A program made the position numbers and the translations under genes. From a virus (lineage: Duplodnaviria; Caudoviricetes), in IMG/VR virus record IMGVR_UViG_3300043447_000100, positions 1 through 64,000 of that record: 64,000 bases of DNA; one strand, 5' to 3'. Position 1 is the stretch's first letter. The number at the start of each line of letters is the position of its first letter. The notes below the pieces were generated by a model. The model was not told the origin of the DNA, made no database searches, and was given only the letters and a program-made list of their open reading frames with translations. Positions 15,001-21,855 of this stretch are shown here, one piece after another.

Positions 15001-18000
15001 TCCACTCGCCTGGGAAGATATCAGCGTAACCGATTGCGGCTGGCTGAGCGATCTTTAGGTTGTTGAAGATACGAGTTTCAAATTCTAAGAGGGCAATGTC
15101 ACGGAAGTCATTGAACTTGCCGTCAGCGAATGTGCCATAGAGTTTTGTTAGACTGCCATCGTGACCTTGAATCATGTAGATTACTGTGTCAAGTTGTTGC
15201 TCAGTAACTACACGAGGAGCAAACGCTTGATACAAGCCCAACTTTGTTGGTGTGTTAGGAACATAACTGCCCCATGTCTGATTGTATTCACGAACTGTTA
15301 CTGTTGAACCTCTTGTGATAGCACGAGTTAGCAGTAGTGATGAGTCTGTTGTGCTAACAGTGTAATCGCGGCCGCGTAGTAGTTGCTCTGTGCTACCTGA
15401 AGTTGTAGTTAGATAAACTGCTAGACCATAGTAGTTTGCGGTAGTGTAATCATACACACGAGATAGTTTGAATACTGCGGTAGTAATATCTACTTCGTAT
15501 GTAACAGTTGAAGTTTTGTAAGGGCTACCACTAACGAGCATGTCTGACCAGTAGAACGAATTCTTTTCATTCTTTGTGCTAGAGATGCGGTAGATGATAT
15601 CGTCTAAGATTTCAGCTGGGCTTTGACGAACGCTGTAATCACTTGCGGCGGCTAGTTCAACAATCTTTGCTTTGTAGTCGCTGTATTCTACAGCACTGTG
15701 CTGTAGGGCATGAACTAGATTGAACTCAGGGTTGCGCAAGAATGTAGCAGGTAGCACTAGACTTGCTGAGTTTTGAACGATAGCAGTGCCGTAGCGAGTT
15801 AGATCGCCTGCTTCACTAAAGTTGTTGATACCGTTAGGAACACCAGTCAAGCCTGGTGAGTTTCTGAAAATACTGCCGTAGTAGTTGTTCAAGTCGCCGT
15901 TCGCAACTGACTTTAGTTGCTCGTTGAACGGGTTGTTAGTCATGTTAGACGGAATCTGGAACTTAGATGTTGGGCTAACTTGTTCACTGATGAAAAGAAC
16001 TGATACTTGATCGCCTGCTGATAGCTCAGTGTCGAACACAATGTTTGTGATGTTCTTTTTGGTGTTGCGAGTAACGGTATAATCAGCGGTAGAAATAAAG
16101 TCGCCGTTCTTATAAACTTGAACTGGTGACCATGAACTTGTTTGCTCACTTACTAATACGTCAAGTGTTACCATAGCAGTAGCGATAGTAATGTCTTGTA
16201 CATTGATTTGATATTGCTGACTTTGAGCGACTGATTCAACCCAGCCTGTGCGCTTGACTGTAGCACCGTTGACTGTTTGATGAATGAAACCGTCGCTGAT
16301 GTTTTTGGTTACTGTTGCGCCTGCGTTTGTGTAAGTGAACGTATCACTGTTGAGATTGACTGTGAATAAGAAGTCGCCTGTGTTTGCTGGGCTACTGTAT
16401 TCAACTGAGAAGCCTAGTACAGCATCGTTAGTTGCTGTTGAACTGCCGATAGTGTAACTGAATAGTTTAGTACCACTGAACGCAGAGTTTGTGTATGTAG
16501 AGAAACTTACGCCGGTAGCATCAAACGCATCAAATAGCGGTGCTTGATTGATAGCAGTTTTCTTTTGACTTTCGATCCAGCCTGTTTCGCCAGTTGGAGT
16601 TGTGCCCCAGCGCCATGCTGTGCCCAAGTAGTCACCAGGACCTTGAGCAATGTAAATTTGTGAATCAGTGTCAACTGTCACACCGACTACCGGTGTTAGA
16701 GAGATTTTCTCTACGTTGTTTGTTTTGATACGTTTGACATCGAATACTGTTTTGCGAATACGCTCGTCTTCATCTGACGCGAATACAATACGGGTGCCGC
16801 TACCAAGTTCGATTTCACTTTCGCCTACGATTCGCAGGTTGTATTCGCCTTGTTTTACGTTGACTAGCGGTGCGCCGCCTTCGTATGTACTTGTACTAAC
16901 TGCGATTGAGCGTTGTACGTGGTCAACTTGACGAACATAGTAAGTTGTGCCCGCTGTTAGACCGGTAGGCAATTTACCCGACAATGCTGTGAATGTTACC
17001 GGCATGTCTTTGACTAGGTATGTCGTATCGTTGACAATGATACCAAAGTCTGTGACTGAGCGTGATGTGCGAACTACTGATGATAAGACAGAGAATGAAC
17101 TTGCGCCGTTTACGTTCTTCATAGCATTAGTTTCACGTGTGTCTAAGAAGTTGACAATACCGGCACTAACTGTGCCACTATCAAACATACGCAAGTCACT
17201 TTGAAACTCGATAATTGGGCGTGAAGCACGAGTCTGTGTGTTGTATTGGTTTGCTGTTACATAACCGTTGTATTTGAAATGAGTGTCGATAACGTTTTGG
17301 TGGAACCAGCGGTTAGAACGACTCCATGCGTTACGATCCGCACTTGCGCGGTCGATTGTGATGTAGTCAGGCTGAATAGGAACATAGAGCGTGATACTCC
17401 AGTCTGTTGTGTCGTATGGATCATTGTCCCAAGGAATGTACATACCACCGCCGGTAATTTCTGTACATAGCATCTCGGTGACTGCGATTAGTTCGATTGA
17501 TGTGCCTACGCCTTGAACATAGTACGCCTTGTTTCGATACGCTTCTTGCTTGACGTTACTGCCCAAGTCGATCTTTAGGCCGTTGATTAGGGTTAGACCG
17601 CTAGGTGTTGTGTATGTTTTCTGACCAATGATTTGAGTAACGTCTAGGGTATCGCTTAGTTTGATAGCATCAGGGCCTAGAGGTAGCCAGTAGTATTGAG
17701 AGAAGTTTACTGCTTTGTCTAGGTTGATGAAACTGTCCCAGCTGTATAGCTTGTTAGTGAATAGCTTGTTGTGATCTTGGGCAGTCCAGCCTTGATTACG
17801 CAGGGCACGAACGATGCCTGGGTAGTCAATGAAGTCTGTAGTTACAGAGGTGTCTTTCTTCTGGAAAGTAACGGCAGGGTCGAACTGATAGTCTGAACGC
17901 TCTTTAGTAGGCTCAACTACATACTTGTCTGTTGGAGAAATAGCATAGCCATGTCTGTTGCCAATGTAGCCCTGGACAGTTTTCATGTCCGGTTGTGATG

Positions 18001-18094
18001 TTAGAACATCTAGCGTTGCGGCTAGAAATTGCTGATTTGTCTCGGTCTTGAAGATTGATGGGAGAAAATCTAGTGTTCTGACTTGTTGTGCCAT
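92..18094 (-). CDS. Giant 6000-aa virion structural protein, probably a baseplate wedge/fibre-platform protein with FG-GAP-like propeller and CBM5/12-like repeats
   Basis: Uninterrupted 18 kb ORF just downstream of the gp6-like gene. FG-GAP-like motifs (GFGKVLTTSADGSKLIVGAP, YGKSVTTSRYGAEVFVGAP, FGYTVAMS..ILVGAP), about six W-x5-Y-x2-G-x2-V repeats, and repeated small beta modules (GLTAGTTYYV, GGLAVNTTYYI, PHGLVANDPITI). Confidence 0.8.
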   Translation of the reverse strand: MAQQVRTLDFLPSIFKTETNQQFLAATLDVLTSQPDMKTVQGYIGNRHGYAISPTDKYVVEPTKERSDYQFDPAVTFQKKDTSVTTDFIDYPGIVRALRNQGWTAQDHNKLFTNKLYSWDSFINLDKAVNFSQYYWLPLGPDAIKLSDTLDVTQIIGQKTYTTPSGLTLINGLKIDLGSNVKQEAYRNKAYYVQGVGTSIELIAVTEMLCTEITGGGMYIPWDNDPYDTTDWSITLYVPIQPDYITIDRASADRNAWSRSNRWFHQNVIDTHFKYNGYVTANQYNTQTRASRPIIEFQSDLRMFDSGTVSAGIVNFLDTRETNAMKNVNGASSFSVLSSVVRTSRSVTDFGIIVNDTTYLVKDMPVTFTALSGKLPTGLTAGTTYYVRQVDHVQRSIAVSTSTYEGGAPLVNVKQGEYNLRIVGESEIELGSGTRIVFASDEDERIRKTVFDVKRIKTNNVEKISLTPVVGVTVDTDSQIYIAQGPGDYLGTAWRWGTTPTGETGWIESQKKTAINQAPLFDAFDATGVSFSTYTNSAFSGTKLFSYTIGSSTATNDAVLGFSVEYSSPANTGDFLFTVNLNSDTFTYTNAGATVTKNISDGFIHQTVNGATVKRTGWVESVAQSQQYQINVQDITIATAMVTLDVLVSEQTSSWSPVQVYKNGDFISTADYTVTRNTKKNITNIVFDTELSAGDQVSVLFISEQVSPTSKFQIPSNMTNNPFNEQLKSVANGDLNNYYGSIFRNSPGLTGVPNGINNFSEAGDLTRYGTAIVQNSASLVLPATFLRNPEFNLVHALQHSAVEYSDYKAKIVELAAASDYSVRQSPAEILDDIIYRISSTKNEKNSFYWSDMLVSGSPYKTSTVTYEVDITTAVFKLSRVYDYTTANYYGLAVYLTTTSGSTEQLLRGRDYTVSTTDSSLLLTRAITRGSTVTVREYNQTWGSYVPNTPTKLGLYQAFAPRVVTEQQLDTVIYMIQGHDGSLTKLYGTFADGKFNDFRDIALLEFETRIFNNLKIAQPAAIGYADIFPGEWRKTHYTFEELLPAYTKNFLSWVGRNRISNWRKQTFIRNDKFSYNYGKSTNKLSGGLLKQGGWRGIYQWFYDTVDPARQPWQMLGLADKPTWWESRYGVAPYTSGNEVMWQDIADGLIWNDGNPIVNQRFVRPGLLDALPVNELGELVDPLERIVGNYDSLTFNRDWTVGDMGPTEAAYRRSSTWPFDLVKLLSTFRPADFYNLCADLDTYKYNSDLQQFVFNDRYRLDPRQLTVYGAGTAKHSYMNWVVDYIKRHGNSGQEQVQTALQNTDVRMIYKIGGFSDKQFLRFLTENTAPSATQTNLVIPDDSYSILLYDDVPVDTVVYSSVIIQKTNSGYQVWGNSLVDPYFHTVEPKAGLYEKITINRASVELSTVYDPTSTVPIAYGTEFYTTQGVSEFIRNYGRWQAEHGVIFDNLRGTDQVDWNLMIKEFLAWAQQEWEVGSTISLNPNAREFKAYKAGTVPQPLTLGDENFVLNQNLVPLAHQDMAVIRDNETLTVRILSDGDSVAFTNINLATIEHAVVFDNQTIFGDTIYSPASGLRQARLIIQGQKTANWSGYVNAHGFILNQSDIKEWSKGNKYAKGQIVTYKNEYWSAIELIEAGSDFDYTQWSQSNYDDIRQGLLPNPSTIASESIALYNPQQANLEQDEDLLAFGLIGFRPRKFFADAALTDTAQVRLYQQMIQGKGTKATAETFVGATPLQGELDYDVRENWAILNGQFGSVLNSNFVEVKLYKNLLTGNPSTIGFGDSSPAPTISTSINGVSKSATVSLVSMPSVGQKVAVGDTKLKDNVDVTGYSYQNELINFERPPVNANFLPLFTSAYNDERGLPTAGYVNIDDTDWQAYTLSDLNDVTDAVSKLYRGDYVWVANYKDTWNVFTPVSIGTTVSTVTNNFNKTVTVEFAQPHGLVANDPITIIDFNSNVDGYYQVSSVPSLSTIVLPITLAKTVKSLTGTGITFKLQAVRMAQASDLAKASNHVKYSEFASRLRWIDDDSTGNWAVYEGTPEYQYTYPKNYDFSTTVAQDTYSADAYYGTSVAYANDRVLTLGNNVLYANGGLVKFYTVSNDTPAITTYDVTMSLKDASVAQVVATCTYDITLNADGTRTVITDRAYIANPGTGFFMVDFGSSEKNNGITYYKLTEVTHADLIVANGVISVSDAVKSNKANTGNTTYTETQWVYLGGANCVFVYKFDGTTFHYVNKLQAPTSGWGFGKVLTTSADGSKLIVGAPLAVGTKGSNEGTVYFYDRASRSYIQDIIGKQVFTIETSIIDKNTTAKPRVGAVAVYINSELIPTTDYSFENYTTLRFNTAPPVGSTIYVDFSNLVLQQVTVSKNPNIGIQYGKSVTTSRYGAEVFVGAPYEMNNVDDHQNVQGAVYRWTNLGQRYGKVYATVSSTANVFGTIFIDGFAVPYDSQDMNDDTAIVALGYTASPRNRVAYQINSIEPTNVVADYSNTTDVITITNKPGTTATADDQIDLVGATMTDLTNLGITAYTNIQTIYDIDYDSVGQFGYTVAMSRLPGKLTDAILVGAPNDKSLSETTFDFTDDYEANDTIFDNGATTFVEETENAGSVYQYVYMPTAEESADKPGMFVFGQYCNPITQSAAEITARGAKATVSRYGEAIAYHENVIVIGSKNWYENGAGRVLRFTLGAEDPKSSTASVRHSTWYENKRGLPQVDANRLTSVSLYDTLTNSTLEYLDYIDPVQGKMLSAIEINSDYIGSHDPADYTSGVIWAKNKVGHVWIDTTELRMMNYNQTYHDAATDTIVADVAYNSKYFGKAFPGSTVGIYTWVESTVTPTDYQGSGYVTNLDKFVTTQYFDNSTNSTKYLFYFWVKNYDEIPEGKTISPANLAQYILDPKSSGIPFLVALTTNVIALFNTQDSIQDGSTALHLGYSIGSNPDQGHTDWSLIQDGDDGSFLQGLPLNVLDEPTGMYLKYLTSFMGLDLTGAVVPDPALPALARYGTSFRPRQSMFIDRALALKNFVQYANNVAAKYPISEIRGVYLLNQEQYITVEVTANSTSRLYISNSDGTKVTGLYAGQPITFKDNAYGGLAVNTTYYIKEASGVSTIGTDIYGQYIRLSATPGGSAIQLNDYFGSMSGKLFDTAEYWEYTYWWADGYSADTKVMFEVDSYTDLLTLSAGGLYVGATGTTTISDGLVVRVAKNGAGVNEIYVYSTADGWTRVGLQDSTIKIKSKLYTQTDPIPSKEIYYIVRWINEQLYENETTIERNQSLITMFNYIQSEALQDQNYLTWLNKTSLVDVEHTIRQLKPYKKYQRDATQLVEGYLNEVKPYHVHIKAFAFHYDDIETYQGSFTDFDLPSRYITSRAKFESPQLLLTNAAATADNQYTKDDAEWTQTIYQDWLANHGLSISNSQTAKVLVSSLTYLVKNTDIYMVLDETGVLPAFGTVKIGDEVIEYNKLDRKTNTISDLRRNTTYIKVLPHEAGTLVYLLPTLTNIMDEGRGYISAPKVSVYYDTTEYPYGVRTEAILHAHLESDYVRSVEVVEPGSGYPTLPEVRVSQSSINSFFNSTQVDHVLSQIYMVGHNFQDGDCVTVVNIQDDSATQGLKNYRYYYLKIVDDKHIALYDSYKDSLTGYTTTEIEYGVQSVTWSPTLMSDPLYVTYPNPIGGNPLVKSYPFITLEDETSIDNLPFRTGDYVRVTTERTPDVPEYYYVETIGVASTDLVESNYRSQQRIALHSTLEEARAGLNDTRVVVGSLLSISAVPETDKDRVNFAEGDQVAGTLGVTARVKIYTDNIPVREMKVAMKFDRTSFKSNATDWEASITRWGVGGWDSKDWSKGKYYSKGDLVVFSGSVFRANIDLKTDELTREFDFKYWDEIDGGDISLNALDRIVGFYKPRANMPGFTTSDMSQLMSGTKFPYQTVKDASFSEGKTYTFVPNQVDLDTNSITIYTTEPRVASYQEAIISVNGSSEFTTTRVPVAIACYTGNNAIILNDVATLAVGNKVRFVADLIDEEALDYNVPYTIASVDSGIRAITLTGVTITANATGWGSLVIDNTFSTTGTRTDAGTTTGGTITLATTANIATGYIVQFNTADVFGNIDGKKQFYVQSVESGNKIKIAETFGGPAVTYIDTDTRAPISPSTTPQPPMSITIVPYPANARGDYYASANARPTLETTYVTGDLVKAIYTSPTARTTSYYYARNVGNKITLHPTPNDATANLNKVTVPRGTLGRLVKPQTVIALADPIDDPIGTVTEVIYSDSYPQTDFGLINNVNYWMAVVDDNSVAIYESKDEAENDYNRVPLLTLGAGQLSTIVYDSLVGNPGMSEEIDIKGMDFEYGFSPEELVAGVVTDGINMTVKTIAGATWNQNLTAKGAVTTTNMAHTGFNMVKIKGAIQGAIKRKDGTVISGVSAISFRDVVANPVSVTVYRNVGITQTRLIPQTDNPGITAEYTVNWVDQYVEIVTPGTDTFDIVVYEYGNGVHLVRGTTDNYPLRSVKDYGKTNQYHSEIELDIPYSQIDLPSDENYWLSVMVHMGTSSSDAKRLTYITNFTDAAYGETDPASINYGHHYSIQPVRALDPVNDPFNPAKIVFNKFYVPTDTFVSFAIATNVLGHFVVGGTHGEVLENGVLKTLYNATAKQLEYQVPVVGDVTDIAIYKNDAILTPADYTAVTVGTTLTVTFADEDINFGDIIKVTDKRQGGISVPVTQHIVSTQGASSNFTETINLALRNVAITGTGGQFTCQSTQLSTDLTKLTMYVTLPSGTTYSGTGSISGFSTASSGSKIYKLSATNGKSSFTLVNEDGSAVTTTAGTTTGLVFTLAKEKTVQRTTLELTEFLGDDNYSAITVDRIENGIFRCASTTRLEEGMTITLTGTSEKFDNTKKYHQGDRIAGDGTNGTAGKVYSVNGNTIAGKGFTIGTGTHQWTLVGDLATIVGYNSPKVYYIAISDTVQSTDGYTYFKLSSYFGGTADVVTTDGYIAGMTFSTQNNLIVEINGLRYDGPAPTQVYRKIIHVDKNPQVSYPAPVYGISDFDIGYFTVQVNGAEIPQVDPADATKVNWNVNYDFQSGTFYQFDADFINANFFQDWDSALTYDIGYVVVVGSSLYRAVTSNTNKPPAANTPTDWALTSASEIFTGLFDDGTPFDNKFSFNVVFNPNETPLYENDIVTLSYQVPGETPPDLYTITTNANKIGGKINVLTQVFPTSTSTISVTTFGRTTDQKLSTQRITDATVSYIPVFNSTLAKTAGGFFKGLQIDSTQPPLVTFDNPHNLLNGQLVFVSGEGINPAFRMNNRKFYVSTVNYFDSSSVQDVTRQMYLYNVDPTVNRVWNNTTTYYDGDVVFLGSKYYVALKSNVNKNPTTEVLTWAETDFWVTGSSSLTARTPNTNSYVQLIDNFNPSLNIAKNSMVVQPQLLSDWQIVPNYQGTYSTWVNGQRYESNQYVQRDGVIYRSIVRTSTPPSAGIKFTNVDRLFVSVIDKDNDYLREYIPASKLQLQDINGVNTLIVEAEIVPGDKVLVTSFVPTASPNETRFRINQTWSTVTGTPNTPVIYRENAYTRTYITSVSYDADGIAESFKVKDPFALVSLATFSATGDYSARTVTFDTDAGLYATIIDGLESDRITNLKFTKPDGSSINTGFEWFTLTNVNTTKVYFYNNPGSVVYAQVASGNEVLINGENLRFKEINIDYTSPDFGKISGLQRGRDYTRSLAANDYTENTDVIAEHIVKYAQVQGVLEENKMSAKRAISTFYDRVVTRSITARDNSTGVYTFSYDTNGVNTIGTALNDRITQLSTGDKISFYNGATKCATFVNNINVANTVATTGKFNFLVSDNSDIRYAQVGSDITFTYTGNSKEVKYYNPVTRETSNVFTIVDSYYNTEYVEYTAASVAANKQDSSVPLVKKDIWTIEIAEPLNIDILDSSNPVMRANVQIFNEYTISSVVQNAGNVVITLNNVVEIDNIDPDTGDIFGNVTATFPTTIVADSANDSFSTASILRRVVDLPLVIETTGVAEFLNQQIR

Positions 18095-18125
18095 AGTAGT
18101 TACTTACCTATAAATTGTTATAGAG

Positions 18126-18133
18126 TATTTATC
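18126..18133 (-). promoter_or_regulatory. Late promoter GATAAATA for the giant gene
   Basis: Motif 31 nt upstream of ATG 18094, with AGGT RBS in between. Confidence 0.75.
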
Positions 18134-18151
18134 AGCGGAAAAACCGCTGAT
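18131..18151. other. Perfect 8-bp inverted repeat ATCAGCGG-N5-CCGCTGAT overlapping the late promoter
   Basis: Seen directly; no U-tract on the transcribed (minus) strand, so not a classical terminator. Confidence 0.55.
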
Positions 18152-18172
18152 TTCTAAGATGGCACCTGAATC

Positions 18173-21100
18173 TTAGCGATTCATGTTAGAGGCATTTAGC
18201 GATGTGATTACTACGATATCGTTTGTGGTGGCAGCATTTACGAAGATTTCGTATGGCGCTGACTTGATTTCGTACATATCGCCGAACTTTTTAGACGGAT
18301 CAGCCGGTACCAAGATAGTACTGCTGATTAGTCCGCCTAGTTCTGAGTGTAGATAAGCACTCAATTCTGAGAAGTAAAATGTGTCGCCAAAGTTCCAGTT
18401 AGCAATGTCAAAGTACTTGTTCATTGCGGCCAGAACGCTACTGCGGATCTGCGTATCACTGGCTGTTGTTGAACTGCCCTTGACTACTTTGATCGTTGCT
18501 TGTAGCGCAGGATCAGCTTTGGAGCCGAAAAGCGGCTTGAATGTTACGCTGTTTAGAACAACGCTGTCACTCAACATCTTGTATTCGTTGAGACCATTAT
18601 ATGATAGCTGTAGCTCTGTTAGAGTCGGTTCGTCTGGCTTAGTGATTGAACCGGTTGTATCTGTTACCCAGTTTGAGTAATTAGTATAATACGCCTGAGT
18701 CACTAGATACAAGTCAATAATGTTAGTTGTAGCAGGGTCGATACGAGTTGTTTGGCCGCTGTTGTGACGATACTGGAAGTGTAAGCCGCCTAAGCCTGGC
18801 TCTACCTTGTAGTTGCTTGTTACGTCTGTTAGATACAGCACTGCTGGGTAAGTCGCTGGTAGTTCTGCTGACTGATAGAAGCGGTTGTTGACTTTAGCGC
18901 CGCTAACTGCGTCAAGTTGCTCAACTGAAGTTGTAGCGTATGTGAATGTGTATGCGTCTACGATAGACACAATAGTGAACTTGCCGTTGTAAGCAGCCGT
19001 TGTTGATGATGTGCCTGCGCCTGAGATTTCGACAGTCAAGCCTTCTGATAGCAAGTGTGCGATTAGACTTGTAGCAGTCACGTTGTAGGCGGTTGAACCT
19101 ACTTCGTGCGTAGCAGATAGTGTGACTGTTAGCGCATCTTCAGCAAAGAATACAGAGCCGGTAGCATACTCATACACGTTGTCGTTAGCTTGTGCTAAGG
19201 TCTTGATGTATGCGCTTTCGTAAACAACTGTTGCTGGCGGTAGCACTTCGGTGATTATTGTGCCGTTTGTTTGTGTGACTACGCTTGAGAAAACACTTGT
19301 TGCCGACGTAATTGTAGGGTTAGTGACTGTTGTATTAGTACGGGTCTTGACAAGTTCAACGAATACGTCAGGGTCTTCATTGTATAGACTTGTCTGATTG
19401 ATCGCTGATACTGATACGCGGAAGTCGTCTGAAAAACCGTCGCTTTGAATAGGCTGACCTACAACATAAAGCGGCACATCACGAGTTGCTTCTTTGATTG
19501 TGACTGTATCGGTCAGCACTTTGCCGGTCTTAGGATCGAATACTTTGTTTGCGTTGTTGAACAGGAAGCGAACTTCTGAAACGCTTGAGAAGTAGTAATC
19601 AACGTTGCGAATAGCGACAACATAAGCATTGTCTGAGGCATTGTAGGTGAACTTTACAAGATAGTCGGCATACACTGGTGTAGCAGTGTAAGCAGGAACT
19701 TCTTTGAGACTCCAGCGAACATCTGTTACAAGTTTTCTATGGTCGAATTGTAGAACAAAGTCTTTTTGTAGTCTGATGTTCTGAATAGCCTCAGTGCGAA
19801 CTGATTGGTCTACGTTTGTGCTAAACTGAGGGATGATCTTAGCAATCTTAGTATTGCGTGGTACGTAGCCGCTGAGCGTGATCGGACCAACGCCTTCAGA
19901 CAAGTTACCGATGCCGTAGTTGTAGCCGTCGCCCACTACGTTCTCTACTGCTACCCAGATGTATTTTTTACCGGTGTCACGTGAAGTGATACGATTGCTT
20001 TCGTCAAAGAACTTTGTAGAATCTACAGGTACGAACTTTACAAGGGCGCCCTTAGTTAGATACTTTGTCTCTGAACTACTGAATGAGCCGGTTGACTGCG
20101 GTACTTCTTCGTATTGCGTACCAGTTGATGATACTGTTTGCTGTGTGAAAAAGAAACCGTTGACTTTTGAGCCATCAATCGCAGTCAAGTGCCACTTGTA
20201 GTCTGTTAGACTTGTATCAACAGCTTGATAGTAGGTATGATAGTATTGTAGCGCGGCAGTTTGCGATAACAAGTTTGCTAACGTTGTATTGACGAACTCA
20301 CTTGCGTAGAATACGTTGCTTGCTGAGAATGTTGTTTGATACGGTTGATTATCAAAAGTTAGGGCGCCGTCTGCCGCAAATACGTTCGTTGAACTATACT
20401 TGCCGGTCGGGTCTAACAAGTCCAAGTTACGAGCGACACCAATTGATGTGCGGTTCACTGCTTTTGACTTGATGATACTATTGTATAGTGTGTACGGGAA
20501 GTTTGTATAGTCCTCGCCGTTGACCATACGATTCTGTGTATAATAACGAGCAGGCGCACGTTCCTTGATGTTAGCAAGACTTTCACGAGTTAGCGCAGTG
20601 CTGTTAGGTGTTTGTAGAGATAGGGTAACTGTGAGAGTCTCAGTCTTGCCTGAGCGACTGATGTAGTCAATCGTTGCTGAGATGCCGTTCATTTCAGCAG
20701 GGTTGATCGTGTATTGTAGGGCGTTGCTACTGCGAACTAAGGTTCTGTAAGAGCCGACCGGAATTTCTGAGAATACGCCGTCGCCGAATACAAATGTGAT
20801 TTGATCGTTTGCTCTGCTTGTGATACTGTAAATTGTGCGGGTCTTAGAGCCGTTGACTGATGCTGTCGCATACACGCTAGGAACTTCTGTCCATAGAGTA
20901 TCAGTTGTGTTTGCTGATGATAGTGACCACAACCACACATCGTTGTCGTTGATGCCTTGAACGTTGATGTCCTGAATGTTGTTTTGAATTTTTTCAGCGA
21001 ACGAGAAGTCAAGTTGTTGTAGAGAGCCCTGCTTGAAATAAAAGAAGAAGCCCGTGTTTGCGCTGCCGTAGCCTAGTTTGTCGTTTCTGTAAAGAACATT

Positions 21101-21808
21101 GAACTGGCCCTTTGGTGAAGGTGGCACTTCATACAACTTTGTTGAGTTTAGACTTGTTGCGCTTACTAGTTCAAATGAGGTAGAAGCGCCGTTGATTGTT
21201 GTTTGAAATGTTACGATAGGCAATCTTGTAGCAGGAATATTGATTGTGTATTCGTCTGTTTTTACATCTGAGATTGTTTGACTGTTGCCTGGCTTGCCGA
21301 TGCGCTGACTTGTTAGTAGAGCCGCGTTGATGATTGTATTGAACTGATCTTGCCAGTTAGCGTTGCCTGGATCGTTCCATAGAATTGGGGTATTGCTTAG
21401 ATTGTAGCCGTTTGAGTCTGTGATGTTTTCAGTAGTTTTGATGGAAGTAACTTTGATAACGCCCTCGGCCGCTTTGTTGCGCTTAGGAGTGTAACCTACA
21501 AGATTGGCCAACTTTACAACACTATCACGGCGTTCGGCTGTATCAAGGAAGTTTTCACGAGCGTTCAAGTCACCACGGAATGCTAGGGCCTGGCCCATGT
21601 AAGCGATAACGTCAAGTAGCGCAACGAATTCACTAGACTCAATGTAGTCATTGAATGTCTCAGGATAGTTGCGAGTTAGGTAGTCAATGAAGTTCTTGCG
21701 TAGGCTTTCGTAGTCATAACTCTGAAGGTCAGCCGAGCTGTATGCTTCATAGAGTTTAGTCCAGTCTTGTACGCCAAAGAGTCTTGCTTGTCTTGAGGTT
21801 GATGCCAT
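18173..21808 (-). CDS. gp6: Baseplate wedge subunit, T4 gp6-like, enlarged (1211 aa)
   Basis: N-terminal YDYESLRKNFIDYL...LLDVIAY...ARENFLDTAERRDSVVKLANLVGYTPKR, then ESLANIKERAPARYYTQNRMVNGEDY and C-terminal FGDTFYFSEL, all typical of gp6; adjacent to gp25. Confidence 0.88.
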   Translation of the reverse strand: MASTSRQARLFGVQDWTKLYEAYSSADLQSYDYESLRKNFIDYLTRNYPETFNDYIESSEFVALLDVIAYMGQALAFRGDLNARENFLDTAERRDSVVKLANLVGYTPKRNKAAEGVIKVTSIKTTENITDSNGYNLSNTPILWNDPGNANWQDQFNTIINAALLTSQRIGKPGNSQTISDVKTDEYTINIPATRLPIVTFQTTINGASTSFELVSATSLNSTKLYEVPPSPKGQFNVLYRNDKLGYGSANTGFFFYFKQGSLQQLDFSFAEKIQNNIQDINVQGINDNDVWLWSLSSANTTDTLWTEVPSVYATASVNGSKTRTIYSITSRANDQITFVFGDGVFSEIPVGSYRTLVRSSNALQYTINPAEMNGISATIDYISRSGKTETLTVTLSLQTPNSTALTRESLANIKERAPARYYTQNRMVNGEDYTNFPYTLYNSIIKSKAVNRTSIGVARNLDLLDPTGKYSSTNVFAADGALTFDNQPYQTTFSASNVFYASEFVNTTLANLLSQTAALQYYHTYYQAVDTSLTDYKWHLTAIDGSKVNGFFFTQQTVSSTGTQYEEVPQSTGSFSSSETKYLTKGALVKFVPVDSTKFFDESNRITSRDTGKKYIWVAVENVVGDGYNYGIGNLSEGVGPITLSGYVPRNTKIAKIIPQFSTNVDQSVRTEAIQNIRLQKDFVLQFDHRKLVTDVRWSLKEVPAYTATPVYADYLVKFTYNASDNAYVVAIRNVDYYFSSVSEVRFLFNNANKVFDPKTGKVLTDTVTIKEATRDVPLYVVGQPIQSDGFSDDFRVSVSAINQTSLYNEDPDVFVELVKTRTNTTVTNPTITSATSVFSSVVTQTNGTIITEVLPPATVVYESAYIKTLAQANDNVYEYATGSVFFAEDALTVTLSATHEVGSTAYNVTATSLIAHLLSEGLTVEISGAGTSSTTAAYNGKFTIVSIVDAYTFTYATTSVEQLDAVSGAKVNNRFYQSAELPATYPAVLYLTDVTSNYKVEPGLGGLHFQYRHNSGQTTRIDPATTNIIDLYLVTQAYYTNYSNWVTDTTGSITKPDEPTLTELQLSYNGLNEYKMLSDSVVLNSVTFKPLFGSKADPALQATIKVVKGSSTTASDTQIRSSVLAAMNKYFDIANWNFGDTFYFSELSAYLHSELGGLISSTILVPADPSKKFGDMYEIKSAPYEIFVNAATTNDIVVITSLNASNMNR

Positions 21809-21829
21809 GTTGTTATTCCCGTGATTTAG

Positions 21830-21837
21830 TATTTATC
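21830..21837 (-). promoter_or_regulatory. Late promoter GATAAATA for gp6
   Basis: Motif 21 nt upstream of the ATG, GGGA RBS in between. Confidence 0.75.
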
Positions 21838-21855
21838 AGCGAGAAAATAGGCGTT

